Made by a program: the position numbers and the translations under genes
Part shown: piece after piece, positions 15,576 through 24,152 of the stretch
Layout: each line of letters opens with the position of its first letter
Numbering within the stretch: position 1 is the first letter of the stretch
Virus record (IMG/VR): IMGVR_UViG_3300045988_064919
Location: 1-28,832 of that record
Reading direction: 5' to 3' (one strand)
Origin: a virus
DNA: 28,832 bases
Notes under the pieces: generated by a model
Told to the model about the DNA's origin: nothing
Seen by the model: only the letters and a program-made list of their open reading frames with translations
The model's database searches: none

Positions 15576-15932
15576 ATGAAAGTCAAACTTGATGTTGAAT
15601 CAATTCCCCAAATTAAACAATCAAGAGGACTTGAAGAACGTGGACGAGTGCAACGTATGATTGATAACGAAGTTATTAGGCTTATGACGCCTTATGTTCC
15701 GTATAGGAACGGTCCTTTAGCAAGGTCTTCATATAGAATGACACAAATTGGTAGTGGATTAGTAAAGCAAGGTGGGCCAAGTGCTCCATACGCAAGACGT
15801 TGGTATTACAACAAAGAGGAAGTTGAATTCGTTGGTGGCAAGGTAGACCATTGGTTTGATAAAGCTATGCGAAACGGAGGAGCAAAAGAAATCTTGAAAG
15901 AAGTACAACAAATGATAGGAGACGGAGAATGA
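15576..15932 (+). CDS. Tail-completion (HK97 gp10 / Minor_capsid_1-like) protein
   Basis: ...MTPYVPYRNGPLARSS...APYARRWYYN...DHWFDKAM resembles this family. ATG 15576 follows the previous stop. Confidence 0.5.
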   Translation: MKVKLDVESIPQIKQSRGLEERGRVQRMIDNEVIRLMTPYVPYRNGPLARSSYRMTQIGSGLVKQGGPSAPYARRWYYNKEEVEFVGGKVDHWFDKAMRNGGAKEILKEVQQMIGDGE

Positions 15933-16348
15933 CAGTATCAAAAGCATTGATTCAATGGTTATATGGCTATGGAAATATACAGATAGATGAACGTATTGAA
16001 ACGGATGTTTTAGCGCAACAAGCTATCTCTTATGCGCTATACAAAGAACCTAATGCAATTGTAGATACATACATTGATGGCTCTCAAATGCGAACTGAAT
16101 ACTACACGTTTCTAGCACGCAGGAATACACAAATTGAAGCCGAAAGGCAAGACAACAATTCTTTCTTAGAAGAATTAGAAAATTGGATTGATGAAAAGAA
16201 CTTAAACGGAGAATTACCACAACTAGACGGAAACAGATATTGCGATAATGTTTCCGTTTCAAGTGGTTTATATCTATACACGAACGAGGATAGTCAAGCG
16301 GTGTATGCCTTGACAATTCAAATTAAATACAGAAAGGAGTTTAATTAA
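15929..16348 (+). CDS. Tail terminator-like head-tail joining protein
   Basis: ATGA overlap. Assigned by its position before the major tail gene. Confidence 0.4.
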   Translation: MTVSKALIQWLYGYGNIQIDERIETDVLAQQAISYALYKEPNAIVDTYIDGSQMRTEYYTFLARRNTQIEAERQDNNSFLEELENWIDEKNLNGELPQLDGNRYCDNVSVSSGLYLYTNEDSQAVYALTIQIKYRKEFN

Positions 16349-16854
16349 TGGCAACAGCAGGAACAGAAGTAGCAACAGGGCAGACAGTCAAGAAATATAT
16401 GATTGGATTGTTCTTACAAATGGGAGAAGGTTATAAACGAGTTAAGAAATCCACGACTTTAGACATTTCTTTCAACAGTGAAACTGAAACGTATGATTTT
16501 ATCGCAGATAAGAACCCAACTGAATCATTAAAGAGTTATTCACCTAATATTTCGCAAGATTTAACAATGATTAAAGGCGAAGATGACTTTGAATACATTT
16601 ACGAACAAATGATGAAATCCGTTCCAAACAATGAAGAAGTGAACACAAAAGCATTACTAGTATTCATGTTTGACGGGGACAAGACAAAGGGGTACAAAGC
16701 TTGGGAAGTTGACGCTAAATTAATCTTTGATACATTAAGTGGTGTCGATTCCAAAATCAATTTCAACATTAACTTTGCGAGCGATATTCGTGTCGGTACT
16801 GCAAAGGTAGCAGATGGAGCAGTAACATTTACAGAAGGAACATCCAACGTATAA
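16348..16854 (+). CDS. Major tail protein
   Basis: ATG after AAGGAG. 168 aa. Assigned by position upstream of the chaperones and tape measure. Confidence 0.55.
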   Translation: MATAGTEVATGQTVKKYMIGLFLQMGEGYKRVKKSTTLDISFNSETETYDFIADKNPTESLKSYSPNISQDLTMIKGEDDFEYIYEQMMKSVPNNEEVNTKALLVFMFDGDKTKGYKAWEVDAKLIFDTLSGVDSKINFNINFASDIRVGTAKVADGAVTFTEGTSNV

Positions 16855-16872
16855 AGAAAGAAGAGGTAAATC

Positions 16873-17235
16873 ATGAATAGAATCACATATGAAGGGAAGC
16901 AGTATGAAATTCCACCTAAAACGATTGAAGTATTAAAAGCCGAGGACGCTTGTAATGCATTTCACGCTACACATGAAGAAGCATATCGAGCTAAATTCGA
17001 TTATCTGAAAACAGTATTAACAGATGGACAAATTGAAAGCATGTTAGGAAGCGTAGATATTGAACAAGTAGATTTAATGGAAGTGCTGTATATTGTGAAT
17101 TTAATTGATGAAGAATATTCAAGAAGAACAAATGAGCAAACAATGAAGAAAGCTAGAACATTAATGAACGATAAAGCAATCAAAAGCTTAATTGATGCAA
17201 GCAAAGCAGTTTCAAAGATTACGGAAAAGAAATGA
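16873..17235 (+). CDS. Tail assembly chaperone
   Basis: Assigned by position and size. Ends in an ATGA overlap. Confidence 0.5.
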   Translation: MNRITYEGKQYEIPPKTIEVLKAEDACNAFHATHEEAYRAKFDYLKTVLTDGQIESMLGSVDIEQVDLMEVLYIVNLIDEEYSRRTNEQTMKKARTLMNDKAIKSLIDASKAVSKITEKK

Positions 17236-17795
17236 TTGATTTACGGACAAAAGGCTTGCCAAATAGCATACAGTCGCTAGATGGCAAGCCTATTTTATTA
17301 AATACAGATTTTCGGTTGTGGATAAGATTCTATGAAGAATTAGAACGATTCAACAATCATGTTGTTGATGAAGTAGATTGTTCTTATTTATTCGCAGATG
17401 AACCACCTATCATAGATGAGCATATTTTAAAAGAGCTAGAGCAATTCCTATATAACCCTTCTAGCACGCCTAGAAGCGATTCTACAGGCGTTAAGACATT
17501 GGATTATGTAAAAGATGGGGAATATATTTATTCGGCTTTTATGCAACTTTACGGCATTGATTTAACGGAATGTGATATGCATTGGCACAAGTTCTTAGCA
17601 TTGGCGAATAATATTGTTGGTGATTCAACTTTATGGGGATATGCAAAAAGTGTTAGAGGGTATGAAAAGCCTTCAAAGAATGATACACAGGATAAAGCAT
17701 ATCAAAGAGCAAAAGAAGCATGGTCTTTCCCAATCGAATTAACAATAGAGGAACAAGAAATGAAAGATGAATTCGATTCATATTTTGATGTTTAG
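17232..17795 (+). CDS. Phage Gp15-family protein (second chaperone position)
   Basis: LPNSIQSLDGKPILLNTDFRLWIRFYEEL resembles the Gp15 family. Confidence 0.5.
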   Translation: MIDLRTKGLPNSIQSLDGKPILLNTDFRLWIRFYEELERFNNHVVDEVDCSYLFADEPPIIDEHILKELEQFLYNPSSTPRSDSTGVKTLDYVKDGEYIYSAFMQLYGIDLTECDMHWHKFLALANNIVGDSTLWGYAKSVRGYEKPSKNDTQDKAYQRAKEAWSFPIELTIEEQEMKDEFDSYFDV

Positions 17796-17815
17796 AAAAG
17801 GAGGTGGCAAATTGA

Positions 17816-20395
17816 ATATCGGACGGAACATTAAAGTTTGATACAAAGATTGATACAAGTGGTCTAGAGAATGGTATTAAATCTGTAAAGGTTGTATCAA
17901 ATGAAGCTACAAATGAAATCAAGGAAACTTCAAAAGCAATTGATAAGCTAGGTTCTGATGGTTCAAAAGCACCACCAAAGATTACTGATGAATTAAGAAA
18001 GCTAAATGATGAGCAAAAGAATACACAAACAGAAACGCAAGAAACAGGTTCAAAGTTTGATGTCTTTAAGCAAGTAGGAAACAGTGCATTAGATTCGATT
18101 CAAGGTGGATTTGATGGATTACTAGATAAGATTCAGAATATTAGTCCGGAAGCAACTACAATCACTGAAACCTTGACAGGATTAGGAGTTGGAGGTGTTG
18201 TAGGTGTTACTGCCGTAGCAGGAGCTATCGGTGGAATGGCATTAGCAATTAAGACAGGTGTCAATCAAGCTACTGAATTAGATGACGCTATGGCTAAATT
18301 CCAAGCTCAGACAGGTGCTTCAAGCAATGAAATGAGCAAATTTAAAAACATTGCTCGTGATGTTTGGTCTAATAATTTTGGTGAAGATATTTCAGATGTT
18401 GCCGATATGATGGCACGTGTCAAGCAACAAATGCAAGGCATAAGTGATGTCGATTTAAAGGATGTTACTGAGGATTTATTGACATTAAGAGACACATTCG
18501 GAATGGACGAGAACGAAACATTAAGAGGTGCTCAACAATTAATGAAGCAGTTCGGAATTAGTTCTAAAGAAGCTTTTGACCTTATGGCTACAGGTGCTCA
18601 GAATGGTTTAAACAAATCAGATGAGTTAGGCGACAACATTTCAGAATACTCCGGTAAATTCAAGCAAGCAGGATATTCGGCAGAAGAATACTTCCAATTA
18701 ATGCAGAATGGATTAGATGGTGGAGCTTATAACCTTGATAAAGTTAACGACGCAATCAATGAAGTTACCACAAGGTTAGTTGATGGAAATATCGAAGGAG
18801 CTTTAGATAGTTTCGATACAAAGACGCAAGATGTATTCAAGGCATGGCAAGAAGGAAGAAAAACTCAGAAAGATGTTGTGAATGCGATTGTAGAAGATAT
18901 TTCAAGAACTACAAATCAACAAGAGAAGTTGAATAAAACGGCAACGGCTTTCGGTACAATGGGAGAAGATTTTAACGCCGGATTTATTGAATCCTTAACT
19001 ACGGTAGGAAATAAATATAAAGATGTAGAAGGAGCAATGGATAAAGTCAAAGAAATTGCAAATGGTGGCTTAAAGAACGCTTTAAGTGGCTTAGGACGTG
19101 CATTTCTTGATTCATTTACTCCAATAGGCGAACTTATTACCCCTATTCTTGCAGGTATCATTGGATTGATTACATTAGCTATACAAGGTATTCAACAAGG
19201 GTTTGCAAAAGTTGGTGATGTAATTTCAAATGTATTGAGTAAGATTGATACAAGTGGAATTACAGAATTGACAAGTCAAGTTTCTGAAGTGTTAGCTCCT
19301 GCGTTTAAAGAAGTAAAAAAAGCAATTGACGAAATGGAAGTTGCGCTTGAACCTATCGCAAAAGAAATCTTAGGTAAAATTGGTAGCGCAATTCAAAATG
19401 TTGTTAACCAAGCTCAAAAGATTCTTAGCGTTATAGGACCACCAATTCTAGCAATCATTAAGAAGATTATTCAAACGGTAGTTAGCATGATTCCTGTAAT
19501 AACATCTATCCTTCAAGTTGTTGGAAGTGTGGTAAGTGGAACCATTTCATTTATAACTATGGTTGTGACATATGTTGGGACTGCGATTGCGACAATACTA
19601 GGATTTATCATGCCTATTGTTCAAATTGTAGCTACAATCGTAGCGAATATTTGGTATGTAATATTAACGGTTGCTCAGAATATTTGGAGCAAAGTTAGTG
19701 AAGTAGTTATTGCGATTATTGGATTCGTAAACAATTTATTTAAGACGGTTTCGGATATCATAAACAATATTTGGAGCAAGATTCAAGATACAATGAACAG
19801 AGTCGGCGATAAAGTTAAAGGTGTTATTGATAATATCAATAAATATTTCAATGATGTTAAGAGTACTGTTTCTGATGTATTCAATGGCATTTGGTCTAAG
19901 GTTCAAGGTGTGATGGACAATGTAGGAAATAAAATTTCAAATGTTCTACAAGGAATACAGAATTCATGGAATGGCTTGACATGGTTTGTAAGTGGCGTAT
20001 TTAGCGGAATTGAAGGAGCAGTTAGTTCATTAGTTGGAAGCGTAAAAGGAATGGTAAATGGTGTTATCGGTGGCATTAACGGTGCAATCGGTATCATCAA
20101 CAAGATTCCCGGAGTGCATATTGGAAGGATTCCAAAATTAGAGCGTGGTGGTGTATTGAAGCGCGGTCAAGTTGGTTTACTTGAAGGTAATGGAGCAGAA
20201 GCAGTTGTACCTTTAGAAAGAAACAAAGCGTGGATTCGTGCCGTAGCTAAAGATATGGCTCAAATCATGCCAAGCGTTACAACGAATAACAACGGACAAA
20301 CAATTAACTTCTATAATAAAGCTCAAAGTCCGGATGAAATCGCTAGAATGTTGCGAATGCAAGCAAGATATGGATATGGAGGTGTAGTTCAATAG
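17816..20395 (+). CDS. Tape measure protein, apparent ATA start
   Basis: AAGGAGGTGG (17798-17807) + 8 nt + ATA TCG GAC GGA. ATA is the first codon after an in-frame TGA. 119 sense codons follow before the first canonical start (TTG 18173). Long helical/TM-rich body. Confidence 0.8.
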   Translation: MSDGTLKFDTKIDTSGLENGIKSVKVVSNEATNEIKETSKAIDKLGSDGSKAPPKITDELRKLNDEQKNTQTETQETGSKFDVFKQVGNSALDSIQGGFDGLLDKIQNISPEATTITETLTGLGVGGVVGVTAVAGAIGGMALAIKTGVNQATELDDAMAKFQAQTGASSNEMSKFKNIARDVWSNNFGEDISDVADMMARVKQQMQGISDVDLKDVTEDLLTLRDTFGMDENETLRGAQQLMKQFGISSKEAFDLMATGAQNGLNKSDELGDNISEYSGKFKQAGYSAEEYFQLMQNGLDGGAYNLDKVNDAINEVTTRLVDGNIEGALDSFDTKTQDVFKAWQEGRKTQKDVVNAIVEDISRTTNQQEKLNKTATAFGTMGEDFNAGFIESLTTVGNKYKDVEGAMDKVKEIANGGLKNALSGLGRAFLDSFTPIGELITPILAGIIGLITLAIQGIQQGFAKVGDVISNVLSKIDTSGITELTSQVSEVLAPAFKEVKKAIDEMEVALEPIAKEILGKIGSAIQNVVNQAQKILSVIGPPILAIIKKIIQTVVSMIPVITSILQVVGSVVSGTISFITMVVTYVGTAIATILGFIMPIVQIVATIVANIWYVILTVAQNIWSKVSEVVIAIIGFVNNLFKTVSDIINNIWSKIQDTMNRVGDKVKGVIDNINKYFNDVKSTVSDVFNGIWSKVQGVMDNVGNKISNVLQGIQNSWNGLTWFVSGVFSGIEGAVSSLVGSVKGMVNGVIGGINGAIGIINKIPGVHIGRIPKLERGGVLKRGQVGLLEGNGAEAVVPLERNKAWIRAVAKDMAQIMPSVTTNNNGQTINFYNKAQSPDEIARMLRMQARYGYGGVVQ

Positions 20396-21261
20396 ATTTA
20401 AATAAAGTTAGAATCATTGTCCGTAGGGATGATAGCAAAGAATTTGAAATCGACAACAAAAGATGGAGAATACCATCTAGTGACGGATTAGATGGATTTG
20501 ATTATGCAACACCTTCATATACTACGCAAGACAACGCATTCGGAAATGGTGCTAGATTAATCGGTTCACGTATTCCAACGAAAGAAAGAAGCGTGAAAGC
20601 TATCTTTAAGGGCGCACTAGAAGAAAAAAGAGAAGAAAGGGAGAAGCTACGGCGCTTCTTCCAATATTCTCATGTCTTTGATGTAATAGTTGAGTATATG
20701 GGAGAAAAGAAATATTGCAGAGGTCGTTTGTATGCTTATAGCTTACCCACTGTTAACATTTATAAAGATTTAGAGCTTAATTTCACGATTCTATGTACGC
20801 AACCTTTATTGCTTTCATATGATGATTTCGCAAGGAATATTGCAGAAATTGGCGAAGGTTTAGCGTTCAATTTTGAAATACCGGAAACAGGCGTAAACTT
20901 TGGAACATTTACATTCGCTAGAGAAATCTATATTGATAATCAAGGCGATACAGAAACATACTGTAGAGCCGTTATTGAAGCGTTTGGAGAGGTAACAAAT
21001 CCGAAACTATTCAATAAAGATAAATATATTCGTGTATTAGATACGCTACACAATGGTGATGTGTTAGAAATTGATTTAGTTTCAGAACCTATTTCGATTA
21101 AAAAGAATGGTGTGAATTGTATCGGCAAAGTTGACAGAACATCATCATTCAATGATATGACGATTCAGTTAGGCGAGAATATCATAGGATATACTGCCGA
21201 CAATGGAGATACGAATCTAGCTTGCACCGTTTACTATAATGAAAGGTATTTAGGTTTATAA
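20392..21261 (+). CDS. Distal tail protein (Dit), apparent ATA start overlapping the tape-measure TAG
   Basis: GGAGGTG (20378-20384) + 7 nt + ATA GAT TTA. The ATAG overlap shares bases with the TMP stop. 67 codons precede the first canonical start (GTG 20593). Confidence 0.65.
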   Translation: MDLNKVRIIVRRDDSKEFEIDNKRWRIPSSDGLDGFDYATPSYTTQDNAFGNGARLIGSRIPTKERSVKAIFKGALEEKREEREKLRRFFQYSHVFDVIVEYMGEKKYCRGRLYAYSLPTVNIYKDLELNFTILCTQPLLLSYDDFARNIAEIGEGLAFNFEIPETGVNFGTFTFAREIYIDNQGDTETYCRAVIEAFGEVTNPKLFNKDKYIRVLDTLHNGDVLEIDLVSEPISIKKNGVNCIGKVDRTSSFNDMTIQLGENIIGYTADNGDTNLACTVYYNERYLGL

Positions 21262-21263
21262 GT

Positions 21264-22277
21264 ATGTCTTATTTCGGATTAGATAAAGATTTCAATATTG
21301 TTACACATCTAGCACCTTACAACGTGCAGTGGAATCGGCGATATTATGAAACAGGAGATTTCGAGATTTATATCGATATAGGTCAGTACTCAAACGACAT
21401 TAAATATATTTATTCTACTGATGATAAAGAGTTAGGAATCGTAGAAATACCGCATTATTCAGTTTCAAACAACACGAAACAAATGTTGCTAAAAGGTTCT
21501 TTCTTTGAAAAGATTCTAGCAGATGATTGTATTTATCCTACATTCTCAAGCAGTGGAAAGATTGTTGACGTGATCAAAAAGCTATTAGACAAGTATTGCT
21601 CATGGAAAATGGGGTATAGATATGATGAATCCATTACCGATAGAGTAGACTTTCAAGAAACAGGAGCAAACCTTGACGAGAAGCTTTATGAGTTGTTATA
21701 TCCGTTAGAATTGTCGTTCCGCATAGAATATGACTATGTATCGAGTACGTTCACATTCGTGTTATATCGTGGTCGTGACTTAACTCAGAACAATGCAGAT
21801 GGAAACAACTTTGTCACATTCTCTACAGAATTCGGAAACATTGAAGAACCGGACGTTATGATTGACTCAAGTAAATACAAGAACTATGCAATTGTTTGTG
21901 GTGAAGGGAAGTCAGAAGAACGTATATACGTTGAATATGACGCTAGAATAGATAAGAATGAGCGAATTAAGAAATTGTTCGTAGACGCACGTTCTGAGCG
22001 CATGGGGGACGATATTACACTTGATGAATATAAGAAGATATTGATTCAAAAAGGGATTGAAAAACTAGCGGATTGTCAAATTGAAGAGAATGTAAATTTC
22101 GGATTGAATACAGATTCATATGAATACAAAGTTGATTTTGATTTAGGTGATAAGGTGGATGTGATTGTCACAGATATTGGATTAGTAATGACGGCTAGAA
22201 TTAGAAATATATTCGAAGTCATTAAGAGTGGATATAGAACCCTGGAATTAGAGGTTGATAATTTAAAAATCATGTAA
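21264..22277 (+). CDS. Siphovirus Gp37-like tail tip protein
   Basis: The N-terminus MSYFGLDKDFNIVTHLAPYNVQWNRRYYETGDFEIY resembles the Gp37-like family. Sits after Dit. Confidence 0.55.
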   Translation: MSYFGLDKDFNIVTHLAPYNVQWNRRYYETGDFEIYIDIGQYSNDIKYIYSTDDKELGIVEIPHYSVSNNTKQMLLKGSFFEKILADDCIYPTFSSSGKIVDVIKKLLDKYCSWKMGYRYDESITDRVDFQETGANLDEKLYELLYPLELSFRIEYDYVSSTFTFVLYRGRDLTQNNADGNNFVTFSTEFGNIEEPDVMIDSSKYKNYAIVCGEGKSEERIYVEYDARIDKNERIKKLFVDARSERMGDDITLDEYKKILIQKGIEKLADCQIEENVNFGLNTDSYEYKVDFDLGDKVDVIVTDIGLVMTARIRNIFEVIKSGYRTLELEVDNLKIM

Positions 22278-22290
22278 AGGAGTGAATTTA

Positions 22291-22797
22291 ATGAAAAAGA
22301 AAGATGGAGGATTTAAGCAAATGGCAAGAAATATGTATTTTCTAGACACAATGAATGCAATAGGTGGTGTAGCCGTAGCCGTATTGACATACGTATTAGG
22401 TGAACATTGGTATTTATTCGCATTCTTCTTATTCATGAACGTTGTGGATTACATTACAGGGTGTATGAAATCGACTATCGCTCACAAGCTAAACAGTAAT
22501 AAAGGGTGGATTGGAGTTCTTAAAAAGCTAGGATATTGGATTATGATTGTGGTTGCGTTTGCATTCAGTGTATTCTTAGTGGAAATTGGCAAAATGTTGG
22601 GAATTGATTTCCGTGTAACTACATTATTAGGTTGGTTTGTACTATCTTCTCTATGCATTAACGAGGTGCGTAGTATTATTGAGAACCTTGTACAATGTGG
22701 ATATAACGTACCAAAACCATTAACTAAAGGATTAGAAGTAGCAGATAAACTCATTAACGAAGAACAAGACAATGACGAATCAAAAGCAGATGATTGA
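22291..22797 (+). CDS. Holin (phage_holin_4_1 / TcdE-like)
   Basis: Several TM helices. FMNVVDYITGCMKS...GWIGVLKKLGYWIMIVVAF...INEVRSIIENL. ATG 22291 after AAAGGAG (the track starts at GTG 22282). Confidence 0.75.
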   Translation: MKKKDGGFKQMARNMYFLDTMNAIGGVAVAVLTYVLGEHWYLFAFFLFMNVVDYITGCMKSTIAHKLNSNKGWIGVLKKLGYWIMIVVAFAFSVFLVEIGKMLGIDFRVTTLLGWFVLSSLCINEVRSIIENLVQCGYNVPKPLTKGLEVADKLINEEQDNDESKADD

Positions 22798-22813
22798 ATC
22801 ACAATTACAAAAT

Positions 22814-22866
22814 ATTCAATTAAAATTCGAGCAGGAATCTCCTGACTTTAGTCAGGAGTAGTTGAC
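22814..22866 (+). repeat. 53-bp perfect direct repeat, copy 2 (hairpin 22839-22858)
   Basis: Identical to 3243-3295. Lies between the holin and the endolysin. Confidence 0.95.
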
Positions 22867-22939
22867 GAAGAAAGAGAAATGGTAAGAGATAAATTAAGAG
22901 AAATGTTCTCAGTATATCAGTAAAAAAAACTCTTTTATA

Positions 22940-22948
22940 TGCTATAAT
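22940..22948 (+). promoter_or_regulatory. Extended -10 promoter TGCTATAAT upstream of the endolysin
   Basis: Perfect TGnTATAAT. The same 9-mer recurs at 23805-23813. Confidence 0.5.
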
Positions 22949-22971
22949 TGGTACATAAAGGAGGGTTTTTA

Positions 22972-23733
22972 ATAAATTATCAAAGTTTTAAAGAAGCCGT
23001 ATTAGGCAAAGTATTCGACATTGACGGATACTATGGTGCTCAATGTTGGGACGGATTCGCAAAGTACATGATTGACTTAGGATATCAAGCTATCAATTGC
23101 ACGACAAGTGGTTTTGTTAAAGACATTTGGAACAATCGAAAAACAAATGGTATCTTGAATTATTGCAATGAGGTATCAATCATGCAACCGGGAGACATTG
23201 CAGTTTTTAAAGAAGTAGCAGGAATTACGCCATACAGTCATATCGCAATCTTTGATTCTGATATTGACGGAAAGCAAGGATGGTTCTTGGGTCAAAACCA
23301 AGGTGGAAAAGGTGGAGCATTCAATTTAATTAAATTGCCTTATTATGCAATCTTTGATACTGCGTTTAGACCTAAATGTTTCGCAAATGCAGGAGCAGTT
23401 AAACCAAGTATTCCACAACCTGTAGAAGCGATTGACCAAATTTTGCATTCAGGAAGCTATGTAACATCCGTACAAATGAAGATTGGCAATCAAGGATTGA
23501 AACAAATCAATAGCGATTTATGCGCATACCTTGAACAATTAGGTGGTTGGTTTCCAATTCGTCTGGTTGATAAAGTTCGTAATTCTGATGGTTACAATGA
23601 CAATGTATTGCATACAACAAATGCGATTGTCTATGTTACAAGAATTCGCGTTGATGAAGTCGACGTACAAAAGAACCTTGCGAAAATCGGTGAAATTTGG
23701 GTAAATTGTGGCCCATTAATTGAAGTGGCATAA
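22972..23733 (+). CDS. Endolysin: N-terminal CHAP domain plus C-terminal wall-binding region, apparent ATA start
   Basis: AAAGGAGGG (22957-22965) + 6 nt + ATA AAT TAT CAA. The TTG 22948 of the track lies inside the -10 box and upstream of the SD. CHAP motifs GYYGAQCWDGF and SHIAIF. Confidence 0.75.
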   Translation: MNYQSFKEAVLGKVFDIDGYYGAQCWDGFAKYMIDLGYQAINCTTSGFVKDIWNNRKTNGILNYCNEVSIMQPGDIAVFKEVAGITPYSHIAIFDSDIDGKQGWFLGQNQGGKGGAFNLIKLPYYAIFDTAFRPKCFANAGAVKPSIPQPVEAIDQILHSGSYVTSVQMKIGNQGLKQINSDLCAYLEQLGGWFPIRLVDKVRNSDGYNDNVLHTTNAIVYVTRIRVDEVDVQKNLAKIGEIWVNCGPLIEVA

Positions 23734-23770
23734 ATTACATATAAAACCTTCAACTATTTTTGTATATTTT

Positions 23771-23803
23771 TAGCCTATGATTAAGTTCATAGGCTATTTT
23801 TTT
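23771..23803 (+). terminator. Rho-independent terminator after the endolysin
   Basis: TAGCCTATGA-TTAAGT-TCATAGGCTA followed by TTTTTTT. Confidence 0.75.
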
Positions 23804-23804
23804 G

Positions 23805-23813
23805 TGCTATAAT
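23805..23813 (+). promoter_or_regulatory. Extended -10 promoter TGCTATAAT (orphan transcription unit)
   Basis: Perfect TGnTATAAT directly after the terminator. No long ORF downstream. Confidence 0.4.
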
Positions 23814-24123
23814 TAATGATGGAAAAAGCCAAGTTAGTCAAATGGCTTTAAAAGAAAAAACATATCTATTGACGAATATTTATGTTTATCAGACTTTCTT
23901 GCAAAGAACCTAGCTAGAAATAAAAAAAGCAGATGTTTAAATCGTAAGACTTATGTTTATTCCACTGATTAGAATGCCGAATAAACCCTTTTAAAAGGGT
24001 ATAGGAGGTATTTATATGAATACAAATTAGAATTGTTTGGAATGGATGATGAACGAGTTGGACGGAAAACAAGTTAAAAAGGTGTATAATTATACTCAAA
24101 GAATTTGGATAAATTCCACAGAG

Positions 24124-24152
24124 AAAAAGAGCGATTAATTTCGCTCTTTTTT
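24124..24152. terminator. Bidirectional terminator
   Basis: AAAAAGAGCGA-TTAATT-TCGCTCTTTTTT: an A run on one side and a T run on the other. Lies at the 3' end of the - strand gene 24151..24795. Confidence 0.7.

Noticed and set aside
16873-17795. Programmed -1 frameshift between the two tail chaperone genes (G/GT type)
   Set aside because: No slippery heptamer is visible near the end of 16873..17235. The second ORF has its own ATG in an ATGA overlap and resembles a stand-alone Gp15-family protein.
5996-22974. ATA starts as random G-to-A sequencing or consensus errors, or as a methylation-motif artefact
   Set aside because: Not fully excluded without reads, but unlikely. The hits are confined to the third base of SD-positioned start codons. 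The long ORFs behind them are intact, and the flanking contexts share no motif. At 9086 and 20392 a G would abolish the upstream gene's TAG stop.
23868-23896. dif-like XerCD site (GAATATTTATGTTTATC) as a possible integrase-independent attP
   Set aside because: It has only partial resemblance to Bacillota dif cores. The central region is 2 nt too short, and the arms do not match well enough to support the call.
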